NCBI GenBank assembly: GCA_037441705.1
Contig: JBBIRR010000017.1
Span: 1 to 64,000 of the forward strand
DNA: 64,000 nt
Source: Ignavibacteriales bacterium
GTDB taxonomy: Bacteria > Bacteroidota > Ignavibacteria > UBA10030 > UBA6906
Direction of reading: 5' to 3'
In this document: one piece after another, positions 1 to 10,109 of the stretch
How positions within the stretch are numbered: the stretch's first letter is position 1
Layout: each line of letters opens with the position of its first letter
Translations under genes and position numbers: made by a program
Notes under the pieces: generated by a model
Databases searched by the model: none
What the model was told of the DNA's origin: nothing
What the model saw: only the letters and a program-made list of their open reading frames with translations

Positions 1-47
1 GATTGATTGCTGTATTCGAGCGGGTACTGCATGAGGACTCCCCATGA
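1..47 (+). CDS. 3' end of a gene truncated by the window edge (...LIAVFERVLHEDSP*), possibly a glycosyltransferase
   Basis: Frame starting at base 3 is open to TGA at 45-47, which overlaps the next ATG (ATGA). Product is guessed from context only. Confidence 0.4.
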   Translation, partial: LIAVFERVLHEDSP

Positions 48-181
48 AACCGCGAATGGCTTCCTCAAAAAGCGACGTAGATGATATCCGCCGCGCTCTC
101 GGCATGATTAGGTTCGAACACGCCGATGAGGACGTGGTGCATCTTTGTCAAACTCTCTCATTCAAGGCGGGATGGTTATGA
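44..181 (+). CDS. small hypothetical protein (45 aa, MKPRMASSKSDVDDIRRALGMIRFEHADEDVVHLCQTLSFKAGWL)
   Basis: Below the ORF-track cutoff. It exactly fills the gap, with ATGA start/stop overlaps at both ends (44-47 and 178-181). Confidence 0.45.
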   Translation: MKPRMASSKSDVDDIRRALGMIRFEHADEDVVHLCQTLSFKAGWL

Positions 182-1650
182 TGATTGCGGGACACCATAC
201 CGTCGCGCTGGTTAGGCGTCAGCCTGCAGTGTACTCATCAAGGCCTCCATACCATCCGCCCGATCAGTATCTGGAACTTCCTATCAAAAGCGACCGTGAT
301 GCTTCTAACGTGGCATATGAAGCTGTGCGAGAGGCTTTCCTGATGCTCGGTTACGACAGCAGTCATGCAGGCACTTCACGGTGGAACCCTCTCTCGTGGC
401 TCATCAAGCCGGGGGAAACCGTGTTCATCAAACCTAACATGATTGCACATAAACACGAATACACTGAAGAATGGGAGCACGTTATCACACACGGCTCGGT
501 GATTCGTGCTGTGGTGGATTACGTCTTCCTTGCACTGCAGGGAACGGGAAGAGTCATTATCGGGGACGGATGTCAGAGCAATTCTGACTTTGACAAGATT
601 ATTGCTCGACAGGGCCTGCTGGAACTGAAGGAGTATTACAAGCGCGAAGCCGGTTTCGAACTCGAGATACTTGATCTTCGAGACTACCATTGGGTGGAGA
701 AAAAGGGAGTCTTCGTTGACCAACGATCCCTTCCGGGTGACCCAAGCGGAAAGGTAGTTGTTGACTTAGGCCAGCGGAGTATGTTTGCTGAGTTGGACGG
801 TAAAGGCAAGCGTTATTACGGTGCAACGTATGATGTGGAAGAGACCAATCTGCATCACTCCGGTGGGAGGCATGAATACGCCTTTTCGCGGTCTCCACTG
901 GATGCTGATGTGTTTATCAATCTCCCCAAACTCAAGACGCACAAAAAGTGTGGCCTTACAGTGAATCTCAAAAGTCTTGTGGGATTAAACGCGAACAAGA
1001 ATTGGCTTCCGCACTACGTCTTTGGGTCGCCCGAAGTAGGAGGCGATCAGTTCGATGTGGGGAGAACAAGTGCCAGACTCGAAAATGCGCTTGTGCTAAA
1101 GGCAAAAGCTCTTCTCCTCAAACGAAACGCTGTTCTGCAACGTCTTGGCGGTTTGGGAAAGACATTGGGCTACACGCTATTGGGACGCACGGATCAAGTG
1201 ATTCGCTCGGGCAACTGGTACGGAAATGATACCGTGTGGCGGATGTGTCTTGACCTGAATCGAATTCTTTTCTATTGTGATTCAGCCGGTACGTTTCGCG
1301 ATCAACCCAAACGATATCTTTCCGTTGTGGACGGAATTATCGCAATGGAAGGGAACGGGCCCGTGGCCGGCACAAAGAAACCCATCGGCGTACTCATCGC
1401 CGGAGAAAATCCAGTTGCGGTGGACCTTGTCTGTGCACGACTGATGGGTTTCGATTATCAAAAGCTTCCGATTCTCCACCGTTCGATGGGAACTCATCCT
1501 CATCCGCTGTATGCAGGCAACTGCGGGGACATTTACACCGTGAGCAACGTTTCCGGCTGGAACAGACGTCTCACAGAGTGGACTCGAGCGGACATTATTC
1601 CGTTCGAACCGCACTTCGGGTGGAAAGGACATATCGAGTTGGAGGAATAA
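178..1650 (+). CDS. DUF362 domain-containing protein
   Basis: Motifs VFIKPN, DADVFINLPKLKTH, VDGIIAMEGNGP and NPVAVDLVCARLMGFD are typical of DUF362. Start placed at ATG 178 (ATGA overlap) rather than the track TTG at 145. Confidence 0.8.
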   Translation: MMIAGHHTVALVRRQPAVYSSRPPYHPPDQYLELPIKSDRDASNVAYEAVREAFLMLGYDSSHAGTSRWNPLSWLIKPGETVFIKPNMIAHKHEYTEEWEHVITHGSVIRAVVDYVFLALQGTGRVIIGDGCQSNSDFDKIIARQGLLELKEYYKREAGFELEILDLRDYHWVEKKGVFVDQRSLPGDPSGKVVVDLGQRSMFAELDGKGKRYYGATYDVEETNLHHSGGRHEYAFSRSPLDADVFINLPKLKTHKKCGLTVNLKSLVGLNANKNWLPHYVFGSPEVGGDQFDVGRTSARLENALVLKAKALLLKRNAVLQRLGGLGKTLGYTLLGRTDQVIRSGNWYGNDTVWRMCLDLNRILFYCDSAGTFRDQPKRYLSVVDGIIAMEGNGPVAGTKKPIGVLIAGENPVAVDLVCARLMGFDYQKLPILHRSMGTHPHPLYAGNCGDIYTVSNVSGWNRRLTEWTRADIIPFEPHFGWKGHIELEE

Positions 1651-3059
1651 TGGGTTTGGGTTTGCACCTCGTGAGAGATCTTTATGAGAAGTCGCCCGCG
1701 TTCCTGAAAAACGTGATGGCAACGCTCTATGGTTTTCGGGAACGTTACGCGCGCTACGGAGAACACTACACCCGCTGGCTCCGATTCCTTGAGGAGTCTC
1801 AATGGTGGGACTTGGAACAGCTGATGAATTTTCAACGCACGGAGCTGAGCGGTTTCATAGAGGATGCTCTTCGGTGGGTCCCCTATTATCGAGCACGCCA
1901 CGTGTATCTTGCCGCTGGCGATCTTTCTCAAATGCCCGTTCTTTCGAAACAGGAAGTCCGCAAGCATCTTCGTTCATTCCTCCATGATGGTCTCTCGCGC
2001 TTGAAGGTTCGCATGGTGCAAACGAGCGGCACGACAGGAACACCGTTGCGATTTCCGGTGACACTTGAGTGCTTTGAACGTGAGTACGCGTTCCGGGCAC
2101 TACACTACTCCTGGGCAGGCGTGCGTCTTGATAGTCGTGAGCCGATCGCCGTCTGTGCTGGACATCCGGTGGTGGCCCATAACCGGGTGTCGCCACCATT
2201 CTGGGTTTACGATTGGGCGAACAATTGGCTTGTCCTCTCCTCGTACCATCTTTCCCCAAAAAACCTCCGCGCTTACGTCCGGGTGCTCGAGAGATTTCAA
2301 CCCGTGTTGCTCGTTGGCTACCCGTCGTCTCTGTATATCCTTGCAGGAGCGTATCAACGATTTGGCACGAGACCGTTATCGCTTCGTGGAGTGTTTACCG
2401 GCTCGGAAACGCTCCAAACGTTTCAGAGGGAAAAGATCGAAGGGGCATTCGGGGTCAAAACCTTCAATTGGTACGGTAATACAGAGATGTGTGCAAACAT
2501 CGTCGAATGCGAGGCGGGTGAATTACACTTGAAAGTTGAGCATAGTGCGGTGGAGATTATAAATGACGATGGAACCGCATGCGGTCAGGGACAGCGAGGC
2601 AAGCTTGTGTGTACCGGCTTTGGCAATCGAGCGTTCCCGCTAATTCGGTATGATACGGGAGACGAAGTGACGCTTTCTTCTTCTGCGATATCCCAGTGTG
2701 GTCGGGGGGGCATCCTGGTTCAGGAGGTTCACGGACGCCGAGAGGATTATGTCTTCACGCCTGATGGAAGGATGGTGGGTCGTCTGGACCATCTCTTCAA
2801 AGGGAAAAACCATGTTATTGAGGGGCAATTGGTACAAGAAAAACTCGAAGAGCTTCTCATCAGGATTGTCAAGTCTGAACAATTTACCCCGGAGGATGAG
2901 ATCGAGATTCTTCAAGAGGCGAGGAAACGTTTGGGAGATTCCATTGCATTTCGCATTGAGTATACTGAACACATAGCAAGAGGTCCTAATGGGAAATTCA
3001 AGTTCCTAGTTTCTTCATTAGACCAGCAGACGTTACTCAACGAGTTCTTGAGTCATTGA
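1650..3059 (+). CDS. CapK/phenylacetate-CoA ligase (PaaK-like) family adenylate-forming enzyme
   Basis: TSGTTGTP P-loop, YGNTE, FPLIRYDTGD, GRREDY, GKFKF. TAATG overlap with the upstream stop and a GGAGG SD. Confidence 0.85.
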   Translation: MGLGLHLVRDLYEKSPAFLKNVMATLYGFRERYARYGEHYTRWLRFLEESQWWDLEQLMNFQRTELSGFIEDALRWVPYYRARHVYLAAGDLSQMPVLSKQEVRKHLRSFLHDGLSRLKVRMVQTSGTTGTPLRFPVTLECFEREYAFRALHYSWAGVRLDSREPIAVCAGHPVVAHNRVSPPFWVYDWANNWLVLSSYHLSPKNLRAYVRVLERFQPVLLVGYPSSLYILAGAYQRFGTRPLSLRGVFTGSETLQTFQREKIEGAFGVKTFNWYGNTEMCANIVECEAGELHLKVEHSAVEIINDDGTACGQGQRGKLVCTGFGNRAFPLIRYDTGDEVTLSSSAISQCGRGGILVQEVHGRREDYVFTPDGRMVGRLDHLFKGKNHVIEGQLVQEKLEELLIRIVKSEQFTPEDEIEILQEARKRLGDSIAFRIEYTEHIARGPNGKFKFLVSSLDQQTLLNEFLSH

Positions 3060-5234
3060 GTGTTTATAGGTGACCATTTGTATCAAGTGCTTCAAAACCA
3101 GAAAAACGGAAAGCTCTTTGTAGCTGACGTGCCTTCACCCCAGCTCCAATCAGGAGGGGTGTTGGTTCGTAACGCCGTCTCGGTTATTAGTTCAGGCACT
3201 GAACGAACAAGCGTTCGGACTGCTCAGGCGTCTCTGCTTGGCAAGGCGCGAGCACGCCCGGACTTAGTTCGTCAGGTTCTTGACAATGTTCGGAGAGAAG
3301 GGATTGGTGCAACGTACGAAAAGGTGAAGAACCGCCTCGATAACTATAAGGAGCTTGGTTACAGTTCGGCCGGTGTTGTGATCGCTTCGTCGGTACCGGA
3401 GTTTCGTGCAGGCGATCGCGTTGCGTGCGGGGGCGTGGCGTTTCATGCAGAAGAGATTTTTGTGCCTAAACATCTTGCTGCCAAAGTTCCCGACGGGGTT
3501 GATTTTGAGACCGCCGCCTTTACAACCCTCTGCGCGATTGCATTGCAGGGTGTTCGCCAGGCGGATGTGCGTTTGGGCGAGACGGTTGTCGTGATCGGGC
3601 TTGGCCTTCTGGGTCTTGTCACGGTCCAGCTCTTGCGTTCTGCCGGATGTCGCGTTGTTGGTTTGGACGTCGAGGAGAAGAACTTTTCCTTGGCACAGGC
3701 CTTTGGATGTCAACTTACAGCTCTGAGCAAGAGCCGGTCAAGTCGATTGGTCGCCGCCGCCACAGCAGGAGCAGGCGCCGATGCTGTCATTATCACAGCA
3801 AGCTCAAAATCCAGTCAGCCTATCGAACTTGCTATGTCTGTTGCCCGAAAGCGTGCAAAGGTTGTTATTGTGGGTGCAGTCGGGATGACCTTACAACGCT
3901 CGCCGTTCTACGAGAAGGAGTTGGAGCTTCGCATATCCTGTTCGTATGGCCCCGGAAGATATGATCCGGCGTATGAGGTGGAAGGGCATGACTATCCTAT
4001 CGGTTACGTGCGCTGGACGGAAAATCGAAACATGCACGCTGTCCTCGACCTTATGGCTGCTGACAAGCTTGACCTGAAGCCGCTGATCTCGCATCGATTT
4101 CCCATCACGGAGGCTTTGAAGGCATACGACATCGTGACGGGTAAGCAGGGCGAGCCGCATCTTGCAATCCTTCTACAATATCCCGAAGGTGATCGGAAGG
4201 TAGGTACATTGATTCCGCGCCGTGAAGCCGCTAAGGTCGTGACAGGACCATCGAATTTGCATGTTGGATTTATCGGAGCGGGGAATTTTGCGCAATCCAA
4301 TTTACTACCACATCTTTCGAAAAGTGACGTTGCTTTGATTTCTGTTGCGACGCAGAATCCTTCACACGCCAGCAAGGTGAGCGAACAATTTGGTTTTCTG
4401 CACGCAACGACCGACCCATCCTTCGTGCTTGACGACCCCGCCATCGGTACAGTTTTTATTGCGACGCATCACGATTCACATGCCGAGTTCGTCTGCAAAG
4501 CACTGGAACGACGGAAGAACGTTTTTGTGGAGAAACCTCTGGCGATCTCCGATAAGCAACTGCGCCGCATAGTCGATACATACGGATCTCTCTCAGCGGA
4601 TGTTGTTGTAATGACCGGGTTCAACCGGAGGTTTTCACGTGTGTGGCAGGATATTAAAGCATGGTTCGACGATGTCCCGGAACCGAAAACATTGATTTAT
4701 CGTGTGAACGCCGGAACCTTACCCCCCGGTCATTGGCTCTACTCACCTGCACAGGGGGGGCGAGTAATCGGTGAAGTGTGCCACTTCATTGATTGCGCTG
4801 TTTACCTTACCGGGGCTCGCCCCGTGCGTGTGTTCATGGATGCGCTCGAACGATCAAACGAGAGCCAGGCGCTCGCGCATGGTCTCGAAACTGATTTCAC
4901 CATAACTGTTTCTCTGTCAGATGGATCACTGGCTACAATCCTATATATTGTCAATAGTGATCCTGCGATTGATAAAGAGTATTGTGAGATAAGTGGAGGT
5001 GGCAAAGCGGCGATAATGCACAATTTTCGGTCGACAACTTTTTATCAAAATCGAAAGAAGAAAACGCGTCGTTATGACGGAATGAAGGGACACCGGGAAG
5101 AAATTCATCATTTTATCGAAGTCTTGAAGAACCAAGCACGCCCCGGGCTTTCGTTCGAGGAACAGGTGGCTGTCACACAGGCGACGTTTGCTGCGCTGCA
5201 ATCGCTTCAACAGCGGTGTGCAATCGATGTTTGA
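3060..5234 (+). CDS. bi-domain oxidoreductase (zinc-binding ADH-like domain + Gfo/Idh/MocA domain) of polysaccharide loci
   Basis: ISSGTE, LGYSSAG, GLGLLG and SYGPGRYD in the N-domain; GAGNFA, VFVEKPLA, GFNRRFS and GEVCHFID in the C-domain. Start may be TTG 3078. Confidence 0.88.
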   Translation: MFIGDHLYQVLQNQKNGKLFVADVPSPQLQSGGVLVRNAVSVISSGTERTSVRTAQASLLGKARARPDLVRQVLDNVRREGIGATYEKVKNRLDNYKELGYSSAGVVIASSVPEFRAGDRVACGGVAFHAEEIFVPKHLAAKVPDGVDFETAAFTTLCAIALQGVRQADVRLGETVVVIGLGLLGLVTVQLLRSAGCRVVGLDVEEKNFSLAQAFGCQLTALSKSRSSRLVAAATAGAGADAVIITASSKSSQPIELAMSVARKRAKVVIVGAVGMTLQRSPFYEKELELRISCSYGPGRYDPAYEVEGHDYPIGYVRWTENRNMHAVLDLMAADKLDLKPLISHRFPITEALKAYDIVTGKQGEPHLAILLQYPEGDRKVGTLIPRREAAKVVTGPSNLHVGFIGAGNFAQSNLLPHLSKSDVALISVATQNPSHASKVSEQFGFLHATTDPSFVLDDPAIGTVFIATHHDSHAEFVCKALERRKNVFVEKPLAISDKQLRRIVDTYGSLSADVVVMTGFNRRFSRVWQDIKAWFDDVPEPKTLIYRVNAGTLPPGHWLYSPAQGGRVIGEVCHFIDCAVYLTGARPVRVFMDALERSNESQALAHGLETDFTITVSLSDGSLATILYIVNSDPAIDKEYCEISGGGKAAIMHNFRSTTFYQNRKKKTRRYDGMKGHREEIHHFIEVLKNQARPGLSFEEQVAVTQATFAALQSLQQRCAIDV

Positions 5235-6408
5235 GACGGATACGCCAATCGACGTCGCTGTGTCGGATGCCGTTCAGCGGCTTCGATCGTATATCGAACG
5301 AGAGCACTATCGGGGATACGATCCGTACGACGTTCTCATGTCTCCGATCTTTCGCCTGCCGGTCCTCCGTTCAAACAAGCTTGTACGATTTACATCTCAG
5401 CAAGTATTTCGACGCCTTCCTGTTAACCTGCGTCCACTTCTGGGTATCAAGAAAGGGTATAACCCGGTGACGCTTGGACTGTGTATTCAGGGGTATTCCT
5501 ATCTCGCTTGCACCTATCCAACCCGACGGACCACGTTCGAGGAGCGAATCCGTTACCTGATCGACGAGTTAGAGGACCTCACGTCACACGGATACCATGG
5601 AACATGTTGGGGATACGATTTTGATTGGGAGGCACGCTATGCATCGATCCCTGCGTATACCCCAACGGTGGTCGCAACAGGCATCATTACGAATGGTCTA
5701 TTCGAGTCGTATCGCCTACTTGGAATCACGAGAGCCTTCGAGATGTGTTGCAGTGCGGTAGATTTTGTCAGAAAAGACCTCAACCGTTCCGTTCAAGGCG
5801 ACGCATTTTGCTTTTCATACTCGCCCAATGATACGCAATGTGTGTTCAACGCATCGATGAAGGGTGTGCGCCTTCTCGTGCAGGTCTATTCCGTAACAAA
5901 AGATGAACAGCTCCTTCAGGAAGCACGAGGAGCAGTTACATTCGTCCTCCGGCATCAACGAAAGAATGGATCCTGGGCATATAGTCACGGCGACGCACGC
6001 ACATGGTCCGACGGATATCATACTGCATATATTCTCGATTGTCTTCACACGTATGAACAATTGACGAACGATCGGTCCATCGCCCCGTTTCTTGTTTCAG
6101 GCTTTGAATACTATAAGACTCATTTCTTTGAAAACGGATATGTTCCTAGATACTATGATACCGAGATGTATCCTCTTGACGCAACGTGCATTGCTCAAGC
6201 GATATTGACGTTGACTCGATTTGGGGAAATCGAACGCGCCGGAAAGGTCTGTCGCTGGATGCTTGATAATTTTTTTGACGGAGAAGGATCCATCTACTAT
6301 CAAAAGCATCGGACGTATACCCATCGTACCTCATACATGAGATGGTCGAATGCGTGGATGTTCTGTGCATTGGCGTATTTCCTTTACCGCTTAAAGGTTG
6401 ACCGATGA
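5227..6408 (+). CDS. uncharacterised alpha/alpha-toroid protein of polysaccharide loci (family often mis-annotated as delta-aminolevulinic acid dehydratase)
   Basis: GYDPYD, WGYDFDW, QRKNGSWAY, DGYHTAY, YMRWSNAWM. Overlaps the upstream stop by 8 nt. Confidence 0.7.
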   Translation: MFETDTPIDVAVSDAVQRLRSYIEREHYRGYDPYDVLMSPIFRLPVLRSNKLVRFTSQQVFRRLPVNLRPLLGIKKGYNPVTLGLCIQGYSYLACTYPTRRTTFEERIRYLIDELEDLTSHGYHGTCWGYDFDWEARYASIPAYTPTVVATGIITNGLFESYRLLGITRAFEMCCSAVDFVRKDLNRSVQGDAFCFSYSPNDTQCVFNASMKGVRLLVQVYSVTKDEQLLQEARGAVTFVLRHQRKNGSWAYSHGDARTWSDGYHTAYILDCLHTYEQLTNDRSIAPFLVSGFEYYKTHFFENGYVPRYYDTEMYPLDATCIAQAILTLTRFGEIERAGKVCRWMLDNFFDGEGSIYYQKHRTYTHRTSYMRWSNAWMFCALAYFLYRLKVDR

Positions 6409-7202
6409 TCTGCGAACGCGTTCCCTTTGTCAATACCTGGGTAGACGTCATCGCTCTTGAGCATGTCGTGGAAGTCGCCTTTCAGGCGATTGAAAGAAAC
6501 GAAAAGCTTCATCTGGTGTTTGTGAATGCCCTGAAGGTCTACGAGATTGCACGCAGCGTTCGCATGGCGAAAGCAATGCAAGAAGCTGAATTGATCCTTG
6601 CTGATGGCGTCCCGGTGCTATGGGCTTCGCGTTTTTTTGGCAGGCCTCTTCCCGGACGAGTGAACGGAACCGATCTCTTTGAACTATTGCTGCGAGAGGC
6701 CGAGCGACGCGATAAACGCGTCTTCTTGTTAGGTTCAACACCGTCGAATCTGGAACGCCTGATCGCGACATTGCACCGACGCCACCCACGCCTCACGATC
6801 GCCGGCTGGAGGCATGGCTACTTTAGTGATGAGGAGGATGAAGAGGTGATTGCTGAGATCAATAAAGCAAGGGCACACCTCCTTTTCATCGGCATAAGTT
6901 CCCCCAAAAAAGAAATATGGGCAAACAGGTATAAGCACAGGTTGGAGGTTCCGGTCATTCAGGGGGTGGGTGGCAGTTTTGATGTCGTAGCCGGTATTAT
7001 TCCTCGGGCACCACGTTGGGCACAGAAGAGCGGTCTGGAATGGTTGGACCGGGTGATTCGTGAACCTCGCAGAATGTTCTGGCGCTATGCACGATGCAAC
7101 TCTATGTTCATCTATTTCGTGCTCAAGGCGTGGTATCTCGAGAAAGTGCTGAGGTATCCCGCACCCGCGTTAGCTCCTCTAGGAGGCAAGCATCATGCTT
7201 AA
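6405..7202 (+). CDS. WecB/TagA/CpsF family glycosyltransferase (WecG-like)
   Basis: ADGVPV, RVNGTDL, HGYF, SPKKE, GVGGSFD, RAPRWAQKSGLEW, EPRRM. ATGA overlap. Confidence 0.92.
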   Translation: MICERVPFVNTWVDVIALEHVVEVAFQAIERNEKLHLVFVNALKVYEIARSVRMAKAMQEAELILADGVPVLWASRFFGRPLPGRVNGTDLFELLLREAERRDKRVFLLGSTPSNLERLIATLHRRHPRLTIAGWRHGYFSDEEDEEVIAEINKARAHLLFIGISSPKKEIWANRYKHRLEVPVIQGVGGSFDVVAGIIPRAPRWAQKSGLEWLDRVIREPRRMFWRYARCNSMFIYFVLKAWYLEKVLRYPAPALAPLGGKHHA

Positions 7203-8301
7203 AACGTTGAAAATCGTCAATGTCGTCGGAGCACGCCCGAACTTCATGAAAATAGCGCCGCTCATGAAGGCATACCGGCAGTACACACATATTCGTTCGG
7301 TGTTAGTGCATACGGGACAACATTATGATGGGAGCATGTCCGATGTTTTTTTTGAGGAGTTAGGCATTCCTACTCCCGATGTTTTTCTCGGCGTCGGTTC
7401 AGGCACTCATGCGCAACAAACAGCGCGCGTAATGCTGGCTTTCGAACCTCTTCTCATTGAACAAAAGCCCGATCTCGTTGTCGTGGTAGGTGATGTGAAT
7501 TCCACGGTGGCTGCTACTCTTGTTGCAACGAAACTACTCATCCCCGTAGCTCATGTTGAGGCGGGTCTTCGCAGTTTCGATCGCACCATGCCTGAGGAAA
7601 TCAATCGTGTCGTGACAGACAGCCTATCGGACTTCCTGTTTACCACCAGTGAGGACGCAAACGAGAATCTCCGGCGCGAGGGAATTTTAGAGGAGAAGAT
7701 TCACTTTGTTGGCAACACGATGATTGACACCCTGCTTGCGTTGAGCAAGCACGACGCGTTCGATACCCTCAAGCGCAAACTGTCTCTCTCTGCGAGGGAC
7801 TACGCGTACGTCACGATGCATCGTCCTTCGAATGTCGATGACAAGGAGGTTTTGCAAGGCATATGCGATGCACTCATTTGCCTGCAGGAACGAATTACGA
7901 TTGTCTGGCCGCTCCACCCGAGGACACGTAAGATGCTCGAACAGTTCTCGCTCTATGACTATGTTGCTTCTCAGTCCAAGATACGACTCACCGATCCTTT
8001 GGGATACCTCGAATCTTTATCCTTGATGAGGCATGCTAAATTCGTTCTTACAGACTCCGGCGGCATCCAAGAGGAAACAACGGCAATAGGCGTTCCATGT
8101 CTCACGCTGCGCAACAACACGGAGCGCCCTATCACGATACATGAAGGTACGAACGAACTGGTTGGAAATGCTCCGCATCGAATCATCGAGCGCGCGATGG
8201 CTTTGCTAAGTGGCACACCGAAGACCGGTAGGATGCCTAAGTTATGGGATGGTCATGCTGCCGAACGGATTGCACGTGTTCTCGTTCAGAAATTTCGGTA
8301 A
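7195..8301 (+). CDS. wecB: UDP-N-acetylglucosamine 2-epimerase (non-hydrolysing)
   Basis: GARPNFMK, HTGQHYD, HVEAGLRS, MPEEINR, TDSGGIQEE, TERP. GGAGG SD. Confidence 0.96.
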   Translation: MLKTLKIVNVVGARPNFMKIAPLMKAYRQYTHIRSVLVHTGQHYDGSMSDVFFEELGIPTPDVFLGVGSGTHAQQTARVMLAFEPLLIEQKPDLVVVVGDVNSTVAATLVATKLLIPVAHVEAGLRSFDRTMPEEINRVVTDSLSDFLFTTSEDANENLRREGILEEKIHFVGNTMIDTLLALSKHDAFDTLKRKLSLSARDYAYVTMHRPSNVDDKEVLQGICDALICLQERITIVWPLHPRTRKMLEQFSLYDYVASQSKIRLTDPLGYLESLSLMRHAKFVLTDSGGIQEETTAIGVPCLTLRNNTERPITIHEGTNELVGNAPHRIIERAMALLSGTPKTGRMPKLWDGHAAERIARVLVQKFR

Positions 8302-8586
8302 CATTCGTAATCTCTGGAAACGATATACAATTACCAACCTCAAATTCGTCTTCTACGTGGTACAGCATACGTTGAAATCTGCGTTTCGCAGAAGCCAGAT
8401 AAGCGGACACACGTAGAACCCCCTCGATCATAGCGGGATACCGCTTTCCGTATCAGTCTTCTTCTTACCCCACTTTCATCGGCACGCATGGAACATGGGT
8501 GACCCGTATCAACGAGACTTTGCGCTGTTTGCGTTACTGTTTGCGTGGTCATTTCTGAAGCATTCTCCTTATCGAACAGTTGAACA

Positions 8587-10109
8587 TGATGCCGACTTTT
8601 CTCAGATTAGCCCTGTCTCCGCTGCAGGAACTGAGTGCGGAGATGCAAGACAGAAGTTCCCACCAGTCTAAGGCTTATCCGTCATTGATTGCAATCGCGC
8701 GCCGGAACTGGCGCACATGCGCTGCACTGCTTGCAATGCTCGCCGACGTGGGCATTCTCACGTTCTCTTTTTTTGCTTCTGCAATTCTCCACCATCCAAC
8801 AATGAGCTTGGGTGAAATTCTTTCTTCTCATCTGAAGTTCTATCTCTTCTTTGTCGGCATCTTTCTGTTCTTGTTCACGTCCATGGGCATCTACCGCACC
8901 GTATCGTACACACCGCTGAAGCGGCACTTCTTTGCTGCGACGAAAGCCTACGTGTACGGTGCCGCGATACTGCTCTCGGCATTGTTTGTCCTCGGCAATA
9001 CCTTCTACAGCCGTCCCTTTCTCATTACACTCTTCACGTTGATGGTTGCCGTCTATTGGATCGTGTGGCTGCTGGTGCGTCAGGCGTTCAGAGTGCTGCG
9101 CAAGCGCGGGTACGGTCAGTGGAGCACGTTGGTGGTGGGACCGGCAGCCAATGTCCGGAAGCTGCTGGATCGCTTCGAGGACTATCCCGATTTGGGGTAC
9201 GAGCCGATTCGACCGTTCCGGACGTCGTTGCACTATCGCGATGACGGGAAGCTTCATGTGAACACGGCGGACATCGAACATGAAATCCTCAGGCATCGCA
9301 GCGAGGTTCTTGTGTTGACATCGCCCGACCTCAACGGTTCATACGATGACCTCGAGCGTGTGTGTCGAAAGTATCGGGTACGCATGCGGGTTGTTTCGCC
9401 CGAAACGGATGCCTTGTATTCGCAAGTACGAATCCACGACATTGCCGGCTTGCCGCTCTTCTCGCCCGAACGTAAACGTCTTGATGCGGTCAAGCGCGTT
9501 GTCAAGCGTGCATTCGATCTCGTTGCGGCCTCGCTCCTGTTGATTCTGACCTCTCCCATCTTTCTCCTTGTGGCGATTGCGACACGACTCGAGTCGCACG
9601 GGCCTGTGTTCTTCAAGCAGAAGCGCTCGCTCAGCGATCGCGACAAGGCGTTCGTGTTCTACAAGTTCCGCAGCATGCATCACGAAGCGGATGAGAAGAA
9701 AGCGTCGCTCTTTCCTCTCAACGAATCGAACGGAGCACTGTTTAAGATCAAGAACGATCCTCGCCTGACGCGCGTTGGTAGAATCATCAGACGCTATAGC
9801 ATCGATGAGCTCCCACAGTTGCTCAATGTGCTGAAAGGGGAGATGAGCCTCGTGGGCCCGCGCCCGCTCCCTGTTGATGATTTTGCTCGCGTGACGAAAG
9901 CAGACGATGTCGGCGGTTACTATCGTGCGCGCGCCAATGCGAAACCCGGCATCACCGGACTGTGGCAGGTTTCCGGCAGAAGTCATCTCGGGTTCAAGGA
10001 AATGGTGATGCTCGATCTCTACTACATCGAAAACCAATCAGTGCTATTCGACATCGAGATTCTTGCTCAAACCATCCCTGTCGTGTTGTTCGGTAAGGGT
10101 GCCTATTGA
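8587..10109 (+). CDS. polyprenyl glycosylphosphotransferase (priming sugar transferase, WcaJ-like)
   Basis: N-terminal TM helices, KRAFD, YKFRSM, IDELPQLLNVLKGEMSLVGPRP, KPGITGLWQVSGRS. Start uncertain (8580/8587/8643). Confidence 0.92.

Noticed and set aside
5227-6408. Annotation as delta-aminolevulinic acid dehydratase
   Set aside because: No ALAD/HemB motifs, and the context is a polysaccharide locus.
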